Source: Octopus sinensis
Taxonomy: Eukaryota
Direction of reading: 5' to 3'
DNA length: 64,000 nucleotides
Assembly (NCBI RefSeq): GCF_006345805.1
Contig: NC_042999.1
Coordinates: 32,550,001 to 32,614,000, forward strand
Every line of letters starts with the position of its first letter. The first letter of the stretch is position 1. The notes beneath the pieces are model-generated. The model did no database searches and was not told the origin of the DNA. It saw only the letters and a list, made by a program, of their open reading frames with translations. Positions 13,253 to 24,832 of this stretch are shown here, piece after piece. The translations under genes and the position numbers were made by a program.

Positions 13253-13636
13253 TAGGAGCACTCCGTCATTTTCGGCGATGAGGGTCCCAGCTGATACGAT
13301 CAACGGAAGAGCTTGCTCGTGATATTAACGTGCAAGTGGCTGAGCACTCCACAGACACGTGTACCCTTAACGTAGTTCTCGAGGAGATTCAGCGTGACAC
13401 AGAGTGTGACACGGCTGGCCCTTTGAAATACAGGTACAAGAGAAACAGGAAGAAAGAGTGAGAGAAAGTTGTGGTGAAAGATTACAGCAGGGTTCACCAC
13501 TACCCCCTGCCGGAGCCTCGTGGAGCTTTAGGTGTTTTCGCTCAATAAACATTCACAATGCCCGGTCTGGGAATCGAAACCGCGATCCTCCGACCGCGAG
13601 TCCGCTGCCCTAACCACTGGGCCATTGCGCCTCCAC
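13253..13636 (-). mobile_element. SINE family A (tail type 1), full length, 10-bp TSD
   Basis: A box TGGCCCAGTGG and B box GTTTCGATTCC. TSD GTGCGCAGTA at 13243-13252 and 13637-13646. Confidence 0.92.
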
Positions 13637-14425
13637 GTGCGCAGTACGTGTGTGTGCACATAGATATAAATTAGGGCGGTGTCTCACTCGCACTCGTACA
13701 CAAATACAACAGTGTTCTGTCTGCATATATTATATGCGTCCAGCAAATGTCATCAAAATTACTAGATTAAAAGCAGTTGGTAGATTTAAAAAAAAGTTTC
13801 TAATGAAAAATATAGTGGAAACATTCGATTGTATAATTAGCATTTACAGCAGAGACGAGAAAACCAACTACAAACGTAAGCAAAAGTAACATTGGAGGAA
13901 TATAATGATTATAATGTCAAGTAATAAATACCTTGCACGATTAGAGCAAAAAATATTACCTAACCAACTAGCTAATGAGATATCTACCTAGGTATCAGTT
14001 TATCTATCAAATATATTTCCTTTATTTTTACCTGTATGCTTTACTACATTTCTTTCTTTCTCTCTCCATCTAAGCATTAGGGCCCACACACACGCACACT
14101 CTCACCAAATTATGCCTTTATGTTTATGCATACATACGCATCTCTATGTGTGCATGTGTGTGTGTGTGTGTGTGTGTGTCATATGAAAGAGTTATTCCCT
14201 ACACATATTCTTTCTCCCTCCGTTATGTTTTTCGTTCTTTTTCAATGTTTTCCTCTCAACACTTACTATCGAAGAGCGCTGGCTAGAAAACTTATATATT
14301 CTTTCCGAGCGTGAAACTAATCACCAGCTTGTTGTGTCCTCAACTGTCTTCGTCTTTTGTTTTCTGTAAATTCTGAATAAACAAATATATAAATATAAAT
14401 ATAATTTTATATATATATATATATT

Positions 14426-14493
<68 letters not shown>

Positions 14494-14503
14494 ATATATA
14501 TAT

Positions 14504-14612
<109 letters not shown>

Positions 14613-14627
14613 TATATATATATTATA

Positions 14628-14666
<39 letters not shown>

Positions 14667-14701
14667 TATATATATATATATTATATATATATATATATAT
14701 A

Positions 14702-14806
<105 letters not shown>

Positions 14807-14898
14807 TATTTGATTTTGATTTTGATTTTTCCAGTTTCAGCTTATGAGCTGTGGCCATGCTGGGGCACCGCCATTTGGTGTTGCTACTTGGTCTCACT

Positions 14899-17895
14899 TC
14901 ATGAAGGCTTTCTAGCAGCTGCTATTTGGTGCATGAGAGACTTCGATGCAGCTGCCCTCATCTGCCCCTCCTGCCGTGAAGTTGGTTCATCTGGGACACC
15001 TGACAGGAAGAGATCCAGCTTCATTTTAAAGACATCTGTATCCACCCCATGCAGGTCTCTCAGGTTCTTCGGGAGGATATTGAAGAGCTGTGGGCCTCGG
15101 AAGCCCAGGCTATCACAGAATCTTGTCCTACATCTTGATGGCAAGTTTGGAGTCCTAGGCACCACGCAGTGGCGCCCAGTTCTGGCATTTGCGTAACTCT
15201 CGATGCCAAAGTTCAGGACACTTCCCTCCAGGATCTTCCAGATGTATATTATGGCATATCTTTCCCGCCTACGCTCCAGGGAATATAATTTTAATTTCCT
15301 GAGTCTTTCCCAGTAGCTTACATTCTGCATAGAGGCTATCTTCTTCGTGTAGCTACGTTGGATCGCCTCGAGCTCTGTGATCAACTTGACACTGGATGGT
15401 GACCATAACTGAGAGCAGTAGTCAAAGTGGCTTAGGACAAGTGTCCTCCAGAGGACCATCATGGTTTCTTGTTCTCTTGTTCTAAAGGTTCTGAGGATCC
15501 ATCCGGCCAGTCGTCTACATTTCATTGCCAATTTAGCAACATGTACACGAAAGGTCGCGTCATCACTCATGTAAATACCTTGGTCACGCACTGATTGTGC
15601 CTCTGGGATTGCTATTCCTCCGGTTCCAGTGTATTCATTGGGTATTGCATTTAGTTGTGTATGCTGATAGTATAGAGCATGAAACTTTTCAGCATTGAAC
15701 TGCATGCTATTCTTTTCGGCCCACTTGTATATTTTGTCTAGCTCACATTGCAGGTGTTTAGTGTCCTCAGGGTTCTGTATTGCCTGTGAGACTTTTGTAT
15801 CATCTGCATAACTTGTGATCGTGGCTCTCTGCGTGGCTGAGGGCATGTCTGAGAGGGCCATTATGAACAGTAGTGGTCCCAGAACAGTGCCCTGCGGAAC
15901 ACCGCTCACTATTTGCGTGTTAATGGAAGTGGCCCCATTGGCCACTACCACCTGACTTCTATCTTTCAGAAAGTCATGAAGCCATTCTCCCAGTTTTCCA
16001 ACTATGTTGAGATCACGCAGTTTGTGACATATCATTCCATGATCGACTTTATCAAAGGCCTTTGCAAAGTCGAGATATATGACTTCCACATTTGAGTGGT
16101 TGAGCAGCCGTTTCAGCACCCAGTCATAGTGTCGTAGGAGCTGAGTTAAACAGCTTCTCCCTGGTCGGAAACCATGTTGGGTGTCGGGCAGCAAGTCATT
16201 TTCTTCAAGGAAGGTGATCAGCTTCCTTCTGACTATTCGTTCCATGACCTTGCTGATGTGTGAGGTCAGAGAGATAGGTCTATAGTTCTTGGCTTCCGCT
16301 CTGCTACCTCCTTTATGAATGGGGCATATTTTACCTTCCTTCAGTTTTCTTGGAAGTTTGCCAGCTGCAAGGAAGCTCTGAAAGAGGAACTGCTGTGGTC
16401 TTGCTAGGACTCTCTTACATGCTTTTAGGAGGATTGCCGGGAATCCATCGGGGCCAGTAGCTGAGTCTGTTTTCATTTCATCTATAGCCTTGATTACATC
16501 GTCTTCCTTTATATCGATGTAATCTATCGTCGCCGCCTCTGATTTTATATCTGCAGTGGTAAAAAAGTCAGTTGGATTGGTGATTTGGAGATGCCCAAGG
16601 GGTGGAGTGAAAACACTCTTGAATTGCTCATTCAGTATTTCACTTACCCTCATTAGTTTTCCTGTAAGTGTGCCATCCTTTTCGAGGAGTGGCCCTATTC
16701 TACAGTGCATCGTAGCCGTTTCTTTGGCATACCTGTAGAAAGCTTTGGGGTTAGATTTTATGTTCTCTATAGCCCAGGCTTCTTTGTCTGCTCTTTCCTT
16801 TTCATGGGAGAGTTTCAGACATTTTTCGATTTCCAACAGTTTTATTTTTAGGCGGGACTTTTCACTGCTTTCAATCTGTTTGTTTAGGCGATTTGAAAAT
16901 TTTGTACGCCGTCTCATTAGAATTTTACTCTCTCTGGGGATTTTGTTCTTGTGTACAGTGGCCTTTCTCTCTGGGACATATTTGTAGCATATGGCTTGCA
17001 TTACAGACATGAATTGTTGAAGTTTCACGTCGATGTCTGGCGAGGAGAGACATTTAGGCCAGTTTTGTTTGAGGATCTCTTTCTCAATTTGTTTCCAGTT
17101 TGCCTTATGGTAGTTCAAGCTGGAAAGATTCTGGGGGTTTCTTGTAGGCTGCATGTCCGTGCTCTCTTTTGGCCCGTACATGGTCAGCTCTATCATGTTG
17201 TGATCCGAGAGTAGTGTCGGTGTCACTTTCACATTATGGATGAGATCCATGTCATTTGTGAAGCAGAGATCCAGTGTGTTACCTGCCCTGGTTGGTTGGA
17301 GTATTACCTGCTCCATGTACAGGGTGTTGATGAGGTTCAGGAGGGACCTCGCCTGTCCTCGTTCACATCTTGTCATTCCTGGGAGAGAAAGGCCCTCGGG
17401 CCATCTGACATTTGGCATATTGAAGTCTCCCATAAGAAGTACACTTATGTGTTGTTCTAATGTGGTTAGAACTTCTTCTATTTTTATAAGGCAGTCCTCA
17501 AACTTGCCCACATGGCTTGGGGCATCTGGAGGGCGGTATGTAGCACACACAACTACATCAAGTTGCCTAATATGTACAATTAGTGTGTCACACACCGAGT
17601 TTGAGTATGACAAGAGGACCTGGGGTGTGAGGTCCTCACGGATGTACATAGCAACACCTCCATGACTCCTTTCTATCCTGTCGGTCCGTAGTACAGCATA
17701 CTGTGGTATGTGTAACTCCGCATCTGCTATATCCGGTTTCAGGTGCGTTTCCGTTAGTGCTATGCATAAGGCTTGATTGCATGCAACAAAATCTCTCAGG
17801 AACGGGATTTTTGTCCTGTTACTGAGTGTTTGCAGTCCTCTGATGTTCAGTAGGAGCATCGAGGTGAGGTGTACGTTGTTGCCGGTGGTGTCCAT
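14899..17895 (-). CDS. LINE ORF2: APE endonuclease + reverse transcriptase (~998 aa from MDTTGNN; open frame extends to 18006)
   Basis: Motifs NIRGL, TETHL, YRPP, GDFN, LDLCF, SDH (EN); QHGFRPGRSCLTQLL, DFAKAFDKV, SGVPQGTVLGPLLF, YADD (RT); SLERRRER C-terminus. No internal stop. Confidence 0.93.
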   Translation of the reverse strand: MDTTGNNVHLTSMLLLNIRGLQTLSNRTKIPFLRDFVACNQALCIALTETHLKPDIADAELHIPQYAVLRTDRIERSHGGVAMYIREDLTPQVLLSYSNSVCDTLIVHIRQLDVVVCATYRPPDAPSHVGKFEDCLIKIEEVLTTLEQHISVLLMGDFNMPNVRWPEGLSLPGMTRCERGQARSLLNLINTLYMEQVILQPTRAGNTLDLCFTNDMDLIHNVKVTPTLLSDHNMIELTMYGPKESTDMQPTRNPQNLSSLNYHKANWKQIEKEILKQNWPKCLSSPDIDVKLQQFMSVMQAICYKYVPERKATVHKNKIPRESKILMRRRTKFSNRLNKQIESSEKSRLKIKLLEIEKCLKLSHEKERADKEAWAIENIKSNPKAFYRYAKETATMHCRIGPLLEKDGTLTGKLMRVSEILNEQFKSVFTPPLGHLQITNPTDFFTTADIKSEAATIDYIDIKEDDVIKAIDEMKTDSATGPDGFPAILLKACKRVLARPQQFLFQSFLAAGKLPRKLKEGKICPIHKGGSRAEAKNYRPISLTSHISKVMERIVRRKLITFLEENDLLPDTQHGFRPGRSCLTQLLRHYDWVLKRLLNHSNVEVIYLDFAKAFDKVDHGMICHKLRDLNIVGKLGEWLHDFLKDRSQVVVANGATSINTQIVSGVPQGTVLGPLLFIMALSDMPSATQRATITSYADDTKVSQAIQNPEDTKHLQCELDKIYKWAEKNSMQFNAEKFHALYYQHTQLNAIPNEYTGTGGIAIPEAQSVRDQGIYMSDDATFRVHVAKLAMKCRRLAGWILRTFRTREQETMMVLWRTLVLSHFDYCSQLWSPSSVKLITELEAIQRSYTKKIASMQNVSYWERLRKLKLYSLERRRERYAIIYIWKILEGSVLNFGIESYANARTGRHCVVPRTPNLPSRCRTRFCDSLGFRGPQLFNILPKNLRDLHGVDTDVFKMKLDLFLSGVPDEPTSRQEGQMRAAASKSLMHQIAAARKPS

Positions 17896-18330
17896 CCTGG
17901 GTCTGTTTGCTGTGGCGGTGGTCTGGTATATAGTGGGTAGTCCCACCTGCGGGCTTGGGTTTGATGAAGCCAGGTCAGCTGCTGTACAATCTTTTGTGCC
18001 ATGCACAAAAAAGATTGTTGCTCAGCAGCTGCCCTTTCGACAACATCATGTTGGTGGTTTGTGGAACGCACAACATCTGCGTACCTCCGCTTTGGGGCAA
18101 ATGGTTCGTGGTCCATCCCTTTTCCTTGTGTTGATGGTTTGTCCATCTGCCTCGTGTCTCTGTGGCAGGGTCCCCGATGTGCAAAGCGGCAGCCTGCACC
18201 TTCCTTTCCATGCCAGCAGGAACCTCTCAGGTAGAACCTACACACCTGTGTGCGCTGTCCGTTTCCATCTTTTGCGGTTCCACTTCTATTCCTAGTTTTT
18301 TCACCCTTTGGTCCTGCTTGAGCTTTTCCT
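17847..18330 (-). CDS. LINE ORF1 C-terminal part with CCCH zinc finger; upstream frame broken
   Basis: CRFYLRGSCWHGKEGAGCRFAH = C-x7-C-x8-C-x3-H, preceded by a basic K/R/G-rich stretch. An in-frame TAA lies near 18350. It overlaps the ORF2 start by ~49 nt. Confidence 0.65.
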
Positions 18331-18551
18331 TTAGCTCTACCAGCCTTCTTTTAGTTCTTCCTCCTCCTCCCTACCTCTTCACCGGGTTCTCCGTCTCCAT
18401 GGCCTTTACTGCCGGTTGGAGAACTTGCACCTTGGTTCACTTCCCGGCAGGTTTCTCATTCAAAACCTCCTCCGGGCATCCACCAGGTGGGGGTGACTTC
18501 TTTCATCGTCTCCATTCTTGTCATCTTTGCCTCGCTCGTTCTCAAAGATGG

Positions 18552-18615
<64 letters not shown>

Positions 18616-18756
18616 TATATATATTATAATATATATATATAATATGTATTCATATATATATATATATATATATAATATATATATATATATACCTAAATAT
18701 AAATATATATATATGAATAAAAGATAGAGTTAACGCAGGTGTAATCAAATATTTTT

Positions 18757-18842
18757 ACTTTCGACACATGTTTCGAAAATTCCACTGATACTATTCAAAA
18801 GAATAAATGGTATAAACAATGAAATCTTCTCCTCAGGAAAGT
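18757..18842 (-). ncRNA. Type I hammerhead motif (intact core)
   Basis: Minus strand: ACTTTC-CTGAGGA-gaagattt...gaattttc-GAAA-CATGT-GTC/GAAAGT. Stem I is 6 bp, stem II ~8 bp with a long loop, stem III is palindromic ACATGT, and the triplet is GUC. Confidence 0.75.
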
Positions 18843-18932
18843 GAAAAAAACGAAACTCGTCAATAAGACATTTTAGCAAAAAAAAAAATTAAAATTTGCT
18901 AAAATGTCTTATTGACGTGTTTCGTTTTTTTC

Positions 18933-19015
18933 ACTTTTCTGAGAAGATTGCATTGTTTATACCATTTAGTCTTTTGAATAGTATCAGTGGAATTTTCGAA
19001 ACATTTGTCGAAAGT
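18933..19015 (+). ncRNA. Type I hammerhead motif, damaged copy
   Basis: Same motif on plus, but a 3-bp deletion gives CTGAGAA, and stem III reads CATTT. Confidence 0.55.
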
Positions 19016-19211
19016 AAAATTATTTGATTACACCTGCGTTAACTCCATTTTTTATTCATATTATTCAAAATATTCAACGTAAACACGAAGTTTCTACCTT
19101 TATAAACAAGGAGATACAATACCTTTACTTGTGAGATTTTTGCTGTTCTGGTAACTATTTATTTATTTTTCCGTGTTAATTGTTAACAAGGTAAAAATAC
19201 ACTCATCTATG

Positions 19212-19263
<52 letters not shown>

Positions 19264-19539
19264 TATATATATTATGAAACAGATCGGGTATCGATAACCA
19301 GCTGGAAAGTTAGGACTGCCACCTTACTTTGGCAAATAGATTTTACAAAGCAGTATGGTTACTACTGGATGGAACTACTGCTTGAAGCATCCCATCGCTA
19401 TTAGCTTAAGAGCATATATCAACAACTCACCGAAATATCATACCTATATATAAGCCCTTTAATGTTGTCCCACCTGAGTTAATACATAGAAAAAAATCCC
19501 ATAAATTCTGTACGTTTCTCAAAAATAAGTCACAGGAGC

Positions 19540-20860
19540 ACATTAGATAATATGTGGTCTCTTATAAAAACATTGTATCTAGTTAGAAAACCCGAAATAC
19601 ATAAGAACGTTATACTAATAAGAATTATTACCATCTTGTTGATAATATATCTAGGAATACTAGAAAAATACCGTGGCATTAAAAGTTCACGTATCCTACT
19701 TCATAAAGAAGCTGAGATGCAAGCAAATTAACCCTCTTAGAAACGGGTTAGGGAAGCTAATAAAATAATACCCAGGCATTAAAATAATTCAGAAGTGCAT
19801 CACCCTACGAAATCAACAGTATGCATCTAGGGTATTACCAATGACTTATTTGTTTTAATTTCCCCAATTCGACTTTATAGGTTTTTGCTGCTCGAAATGT
19901 AGATCACTGCTGAAAAAAACATTAGGTCTCATACCCGATTTGGCCGCTATTTGAGACTCAGAAATAGAACTGATTACGTATAAACGCTTCATCATGTTTT
20001 TGAAGAGCAGCTCTGTTTGGACAGGTAAAATAAAATTGATCCTAATGCTATGTTAGATATCTCGTTCAGATCATACGTCAGTGACAACATGTGCGATGTG
20101 GTCAGCTTCTATATATGTTAAACCTTTAAGAATTCCCTAGCCCCAAAACACCAATTTGATGGACATATTTTATGCAATTTTCGTAAGAATCTCCTGATAG
20201 CTGTTAATAGCATAGGCTTCATGATAACCATAGACAATCATTAAACCAAAAGCTTTCTTAGATAACTCCCTAGATCTCGAAACAGGTATCTATAAGCCGT
20301 TACATGAACCCAACGAGTAATTAAGATATATTAGCAGATTTTCTGAGATTCTACTTCAATAAAACAGAGCTCTCCCAAGTTGAATCTTTAAAGGAACGCT
20401 CTACTATTCTTCACCCAACATATCAAAACCTGAATTCCGGTAAAAATATATAACTACCTCACATTTCTTCGAAAGCTTTAAAACAGAACTATCCTGTGAT
20501 GCATCTCAAAATAAGATCTACAACTGTTGAAATATGGAAATGAGCATTATTCTTGTAATCCAAAAATGAATTTATTAATAATATTGAAAACTAAGACAAT
20601 TGTAAACCCAGGACGCACATATACCAAAAAAAAAATGAAATCTAAGTAGATAAAAAGCATGAAATATCTCTCTATATCTCTATGAGGCGACGGTTATCAC
20701 TCGAAGCCGAAACAAGTTGCGGCATATATTTCAATGCTGCAAGGCTGATTTAAAACAAGGTATAGGACGGTGGGTTAAGCAGCTTATAGGATGATTATGA
20801 AAGAGTGATGCTAGAGTTGTGAAATTGGGCTCAATAATTTCAAAACATCTTATTAATAAC
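19540..20860 (+). pseudogene. Highly decayed Penelope-like RT + GIY-YIG ORF
   Basis: Frame fragments INPLRNGLGK, FDFIGF, LDISFRSYVSDNMCDVVSFYI, GFMITIDNH, FLDNSLDLETGIYKP and LYEATV resemble the PLE motifs INPAKSELGK, FDIVDFYP, FDVTMGSYDGAEVCELVGLYI, FLDVTLDL..G.YKP and YQATV (aligned from memory). Confidence 0.6.
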
Positions 20861-20899
20861 TACATTTTTAAAGCATTAGTTAGTTGAAGCGTTAGTTGT

Positions 20900-21270
20900 C
20901 TTGTTTTAACAGGAGATTGCTCGAGCATTCAAGACCTTGGTTTCAAAGATTGCTGTGCATGACTGAGTCTGCGGACTGACTGATTCCCCTCCCTGTTCTC
21001 CTGAATATTACTACCTGATTATCATCTATTCTCCAACATGAAAAAAATACTTGGATAGGAATCTGTATCGCTGTGATGATCATGTCATATATGCCGTCGA
21101 TTTTATGACCAACTGAATGAAAGATTTTTCACCAATAAGATCCAAGCACTGCAATACAGGTGAGAGAAGTATGTGAACCGCAAGGGTGACTATGATGAAA
21201 ACTAAGTCTCATTTGGTTACATTCCATGAGAGTGTCCTTTCCAATCTCTGAAAGTTTCAGTCGACTTTGA
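20900..21270 (+). pseudogene. Mariner transposase C-terminal remnant with decayed right end
   Basis: VVLF*QEIARAFKTL...PPCSPE...DYHLFSNMKK...FFTNKIQALQYR*EKYVNRKGDYDEN* resembles mariner HQDNA / HPPYSPD / KGDYVEK. Confidence 0.75.
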
Positions 21271-21534
21271 CATTTAATTCAACTGAACAAAGAGATAATC
21301 ATGACGTTGGCAGACTATAGATGACTACTGCAGGTCAAAAGTATTATTAAACTGAGAGGCATTTTGGCGAAAGGTATTCATAAATGGAGCCAAGAAATGC
21401 AAACTTCCCCTGTCTGAGGGAACACAAGATTTACCAAACTGCAGTTATCCTTCATACATGTTCCAAATACTAAGGTAGCGTTTTAAATTGATCTAATCGC
21501 ATTGTCATGTATAGATTAGCTATACAGGTACTCA

Positions 21535-21558
21535 TGATGAGAAGAAAAAGAAAAAGAA

Positions 21559-21630
<72 letters not shown>

Positions 21631-21686
21631 GGTTGTGGTGGTGGTGGTGGTGGTGGCGGCGGCGGTGGTGGTGGTGGTGGTGGTGG

Positions 21687-21718
<32 letters not shown>

Positions 21719-21872
21719 ATGATGATCATCTTGATTCAGTATGATGACGAGAAGTGTAGCAGGGAGAATGAGGATAACGACATTCATGTGGTGATGTTGT
21801 TGGAGAAGGAGAAGGAGGAGGAGGAAGAGGAAGAGGAGGAGGAGGAGGAGGAGGAGGAAGAGGAAGAGGAGG
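21535..21872. repeat. Compound trinucleotide tract (GAT)n(GGT)n(GGC)n(GAG)n
   Basis: Read directly from sequence. Confidence 0.9.
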
Positions 21873-24794
21873 AGGGCATAGGGGAGATTACATTAGAAGA
21901 TAGTTACTCTGTCTGCGTTGCATGGAGAATGGAACCAGGTCCAAGCCTGTGCCGATATTAACATTCGTCTTGATGCCAAATATTTGCATGTACAAGCACT
22001 TTATTCCTCATTTCATGGACGGATAACGTTGTGTAAAGGATAGAGGAAATCACTAATTATAAATAAATGATAAAATAACCTAAATAGATTGTATATCTTA
22101 TTTTTCAATTGATCGAAATAATGACGTAGGAATTCATAGATTGACGGTTTATTTAGCTATTCGTGGTGCGCTTATTTACACGTAAAGAATTCAGGATCAG
22201 TGAAGCCTATAATAAGTTATGTTGTCCTAACTGTATTTGTTAGGACAACAATCTATGTTTGTCAGGAAGTTTAATGCTGATTAAAATCAGTTTTCGAATA
22301 CAGAGAAAATAATCACGCAATTCAAAGTGAAAACCATGTGATATATTCACGGAAGTAATGTATTGACATGTTGTTTACTATTTATTATAATTCCTATATT
22401 TCCATTATTTTTTTTTTATTTTCCACTTCCTAATACGATAGTGAAATGGAATGCGTTTTAAATTAATTACAAAACCAATATTCAATTTCAGGCAATTATC
22501 AAGCCTGAAACGAGGAGAATACTCACACAAGAGTTTCACTATTGCAAACGTTGAAAGAAAAAGAAAGAAGCAGAACGCATGACCATAAAAGCATAGGAAA
22601 AGCAAATGTGAAAACACAAAGTAAAAGAAATTAATTTTTTCAGAGCTAATACTGTTTCAATAAATATGAAATGTTACTCCACTCAAAGCTAATAATTGAG
22701 CCCGATAATAAATTTAAAATAAATAAAATTGATTACCGTGTTACTTTAAAAATTGAATGCACATTACTGGTGAATTAATTGGCGAGCTCTCCTGAAAAAG
22801 TGATTCCTTTGATAGGATCCAAATTGCAGTTGAGTAGTTTATACATTTAGTTATCAATGAATATTCTTCAACTCTAATCCATTAATCTACACACAGTCTT
22901 TCTCTTCCAACCTCTGTCTCTCTATCATTCTCTCCCTCTCTCACTTTTCGCGTACGTATGCACACACGCACATGCTCACACACATGTATGAATGTATTAA
23001 ATATTTATTCAGATATTAAAAATATATATTATTGATAACATTGAACTTATAATATTCAATAATATTCAAAATATTATAAAATATATCGCGCTTAATAGAG
23101 AAATGTGCCGGGGGATATTTATATTTATATTGAAATATGAAATAGATATATATCTGTGATGTTTGTGTCGATACACGCATTAAGGCCTCACATCACAGCG
23201 TGGCTTCAAATATGGTGACAAAATATATTTTGAAAAGGTGAATGTGTAAATGTTAACGTTTCTCGTATGCTATATAGATACAAGTTGTTCTTCTCTAGCG
23301 CAGATGTCAACCTATTGGATATAATGTGTGTGTATGTGTGTGTGTGTGTTTTAGTGTAAATATTTTTATGTGTGTTGCTGTTACATCGGAAAAGAACATA
23401 TCGGATACATTGAATTATAAATAATTTATACATTCACAATGACAGGAAGCGATATTATGAGAGAAAGAGAGGCTGTTTCTTATAATAAATAACGAAATAA
23501 GAAAATGAGAGAGAAAAAAGTGTTAAATGTATGTTAGACAGAATTTGAAACAAACTTAATGTGAGACAATTTCAAATCACTACTTTTTTTTTTCCAGTGA
23601 GGGATATGTTTTCAGTTCCCTCCTACATGCCTAGATTTGTTTGAATTCTTCAAACATTTGTGTTTCGATGTGTAAGTAGGTATACAAATGTAGATTTTGA
23701 CATTTTTCTTCCCGCGTTTCCACACATATCACAAGTCATGTTTCAATACAAGGGTCTGATTGTTTAATGTTTAGTTACATAAATGCTTGCCATTTGTTTT
23801 AATTTCCAGGCGCAAGAACTGCATATTTCTTCGTCGTTTTCTTCAGCAAGTAGTTCAAGTCTCCCCTGTACACAGTGATTCATATGTAATGAATCATTGA
23901 AACATTAATTCGTGGCCTGTGCTGCAGAATAACTCCTACAAAGCAGAGCCCTTGCTTTCAGGTTCAATTGGCATTATGCCTTTCATGTACCAGTCAAGTA
24001 CTAGGGTATATGTAAAAATAAAATACCAGTCAAGTACTAGGGTATATGTACTCGACTAGTCCCCTCCCACAAATTTCACGTCCTGTGCCTATATTAGGAA
24101 GTATTATTTAGTCAGTATCTCGATCTTGCATTCATAACATTTCTTAAGTACAATCACGTGCGATGATTTTAACGCATTTTGTATAAAGTTATTGATATTA
24201 AAAGAGTTTGACTGAGGAATTGTTTTCGTATCCCAAATACTGTTAGATATGAGACTGACTTTCATAGCTACACCGACATTTCCCTACATGGCGTTAGAGC
24301 TTTCCTAATACTTGATATACATTTCAAAATGTTTTTACTAACGATTCTTATCTCGGATTTAGATATCTAATTAAACTGCATACTAATATAGATGTAAAAT
24401 TTTCTTTATGGATCTTAGCTGTTATAAAGCCTTGTCGTTATTGAAAGATACCTAATTTCTTAGGTAGATTTATGAGTCTGGCATGTTTTATGATTTATCA
24501 TTTGTTTTTTTATATATTTGTGTGTGTGTATATATACATACTTGGAAATGGATGCGTGGCATTCGATCATATAATAATATAAATACACATACATATATGC
24601 ATACATACACACATATCTGTACATACATACACACCACACACATATATATATGCATATATGGGTACAGGACGTCACAAAACGTAAACAACATGAAATACGA
24701 AGACAAATTTGGGTATACAAACAACAAGAGAAACAAATGGAAAACAAGACGTACATACATACACATACACACACACACATTCACACACACACAC

Positions 24795-24832
<38 letters not shown>

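Larger units (their letters stand above)
14810..18552 (-). mobile_element. Near-full-length CR1-group LINE with (ATCAAA)n tail, flanked by (TA)n on both sides
   Basis: ORF1 remnant, ORF2 EN-RT, short 3' UTR with hairpin and AAAATC repeat tail at 14810-14830. Confidence 0.92.
18711..19061. mobile_element. Near-perfect 350-bp palindrome made of two inverted HHR-bearing (PLE terminal-repeat-like) arms
   Basis: Arms 18711-18880 and 18895-19061 with a 14-nt A/T spacer. Confidence 0.85.

Noticed and set aside
21470-21961. Poly-His, poly-Met/Val/Glu ORFs (also 33370-34011, 42014-42361, 43429-43903)
   Set aside because: These are trinucleotide repeat tracts open in most frames, with no flanking coding signal.
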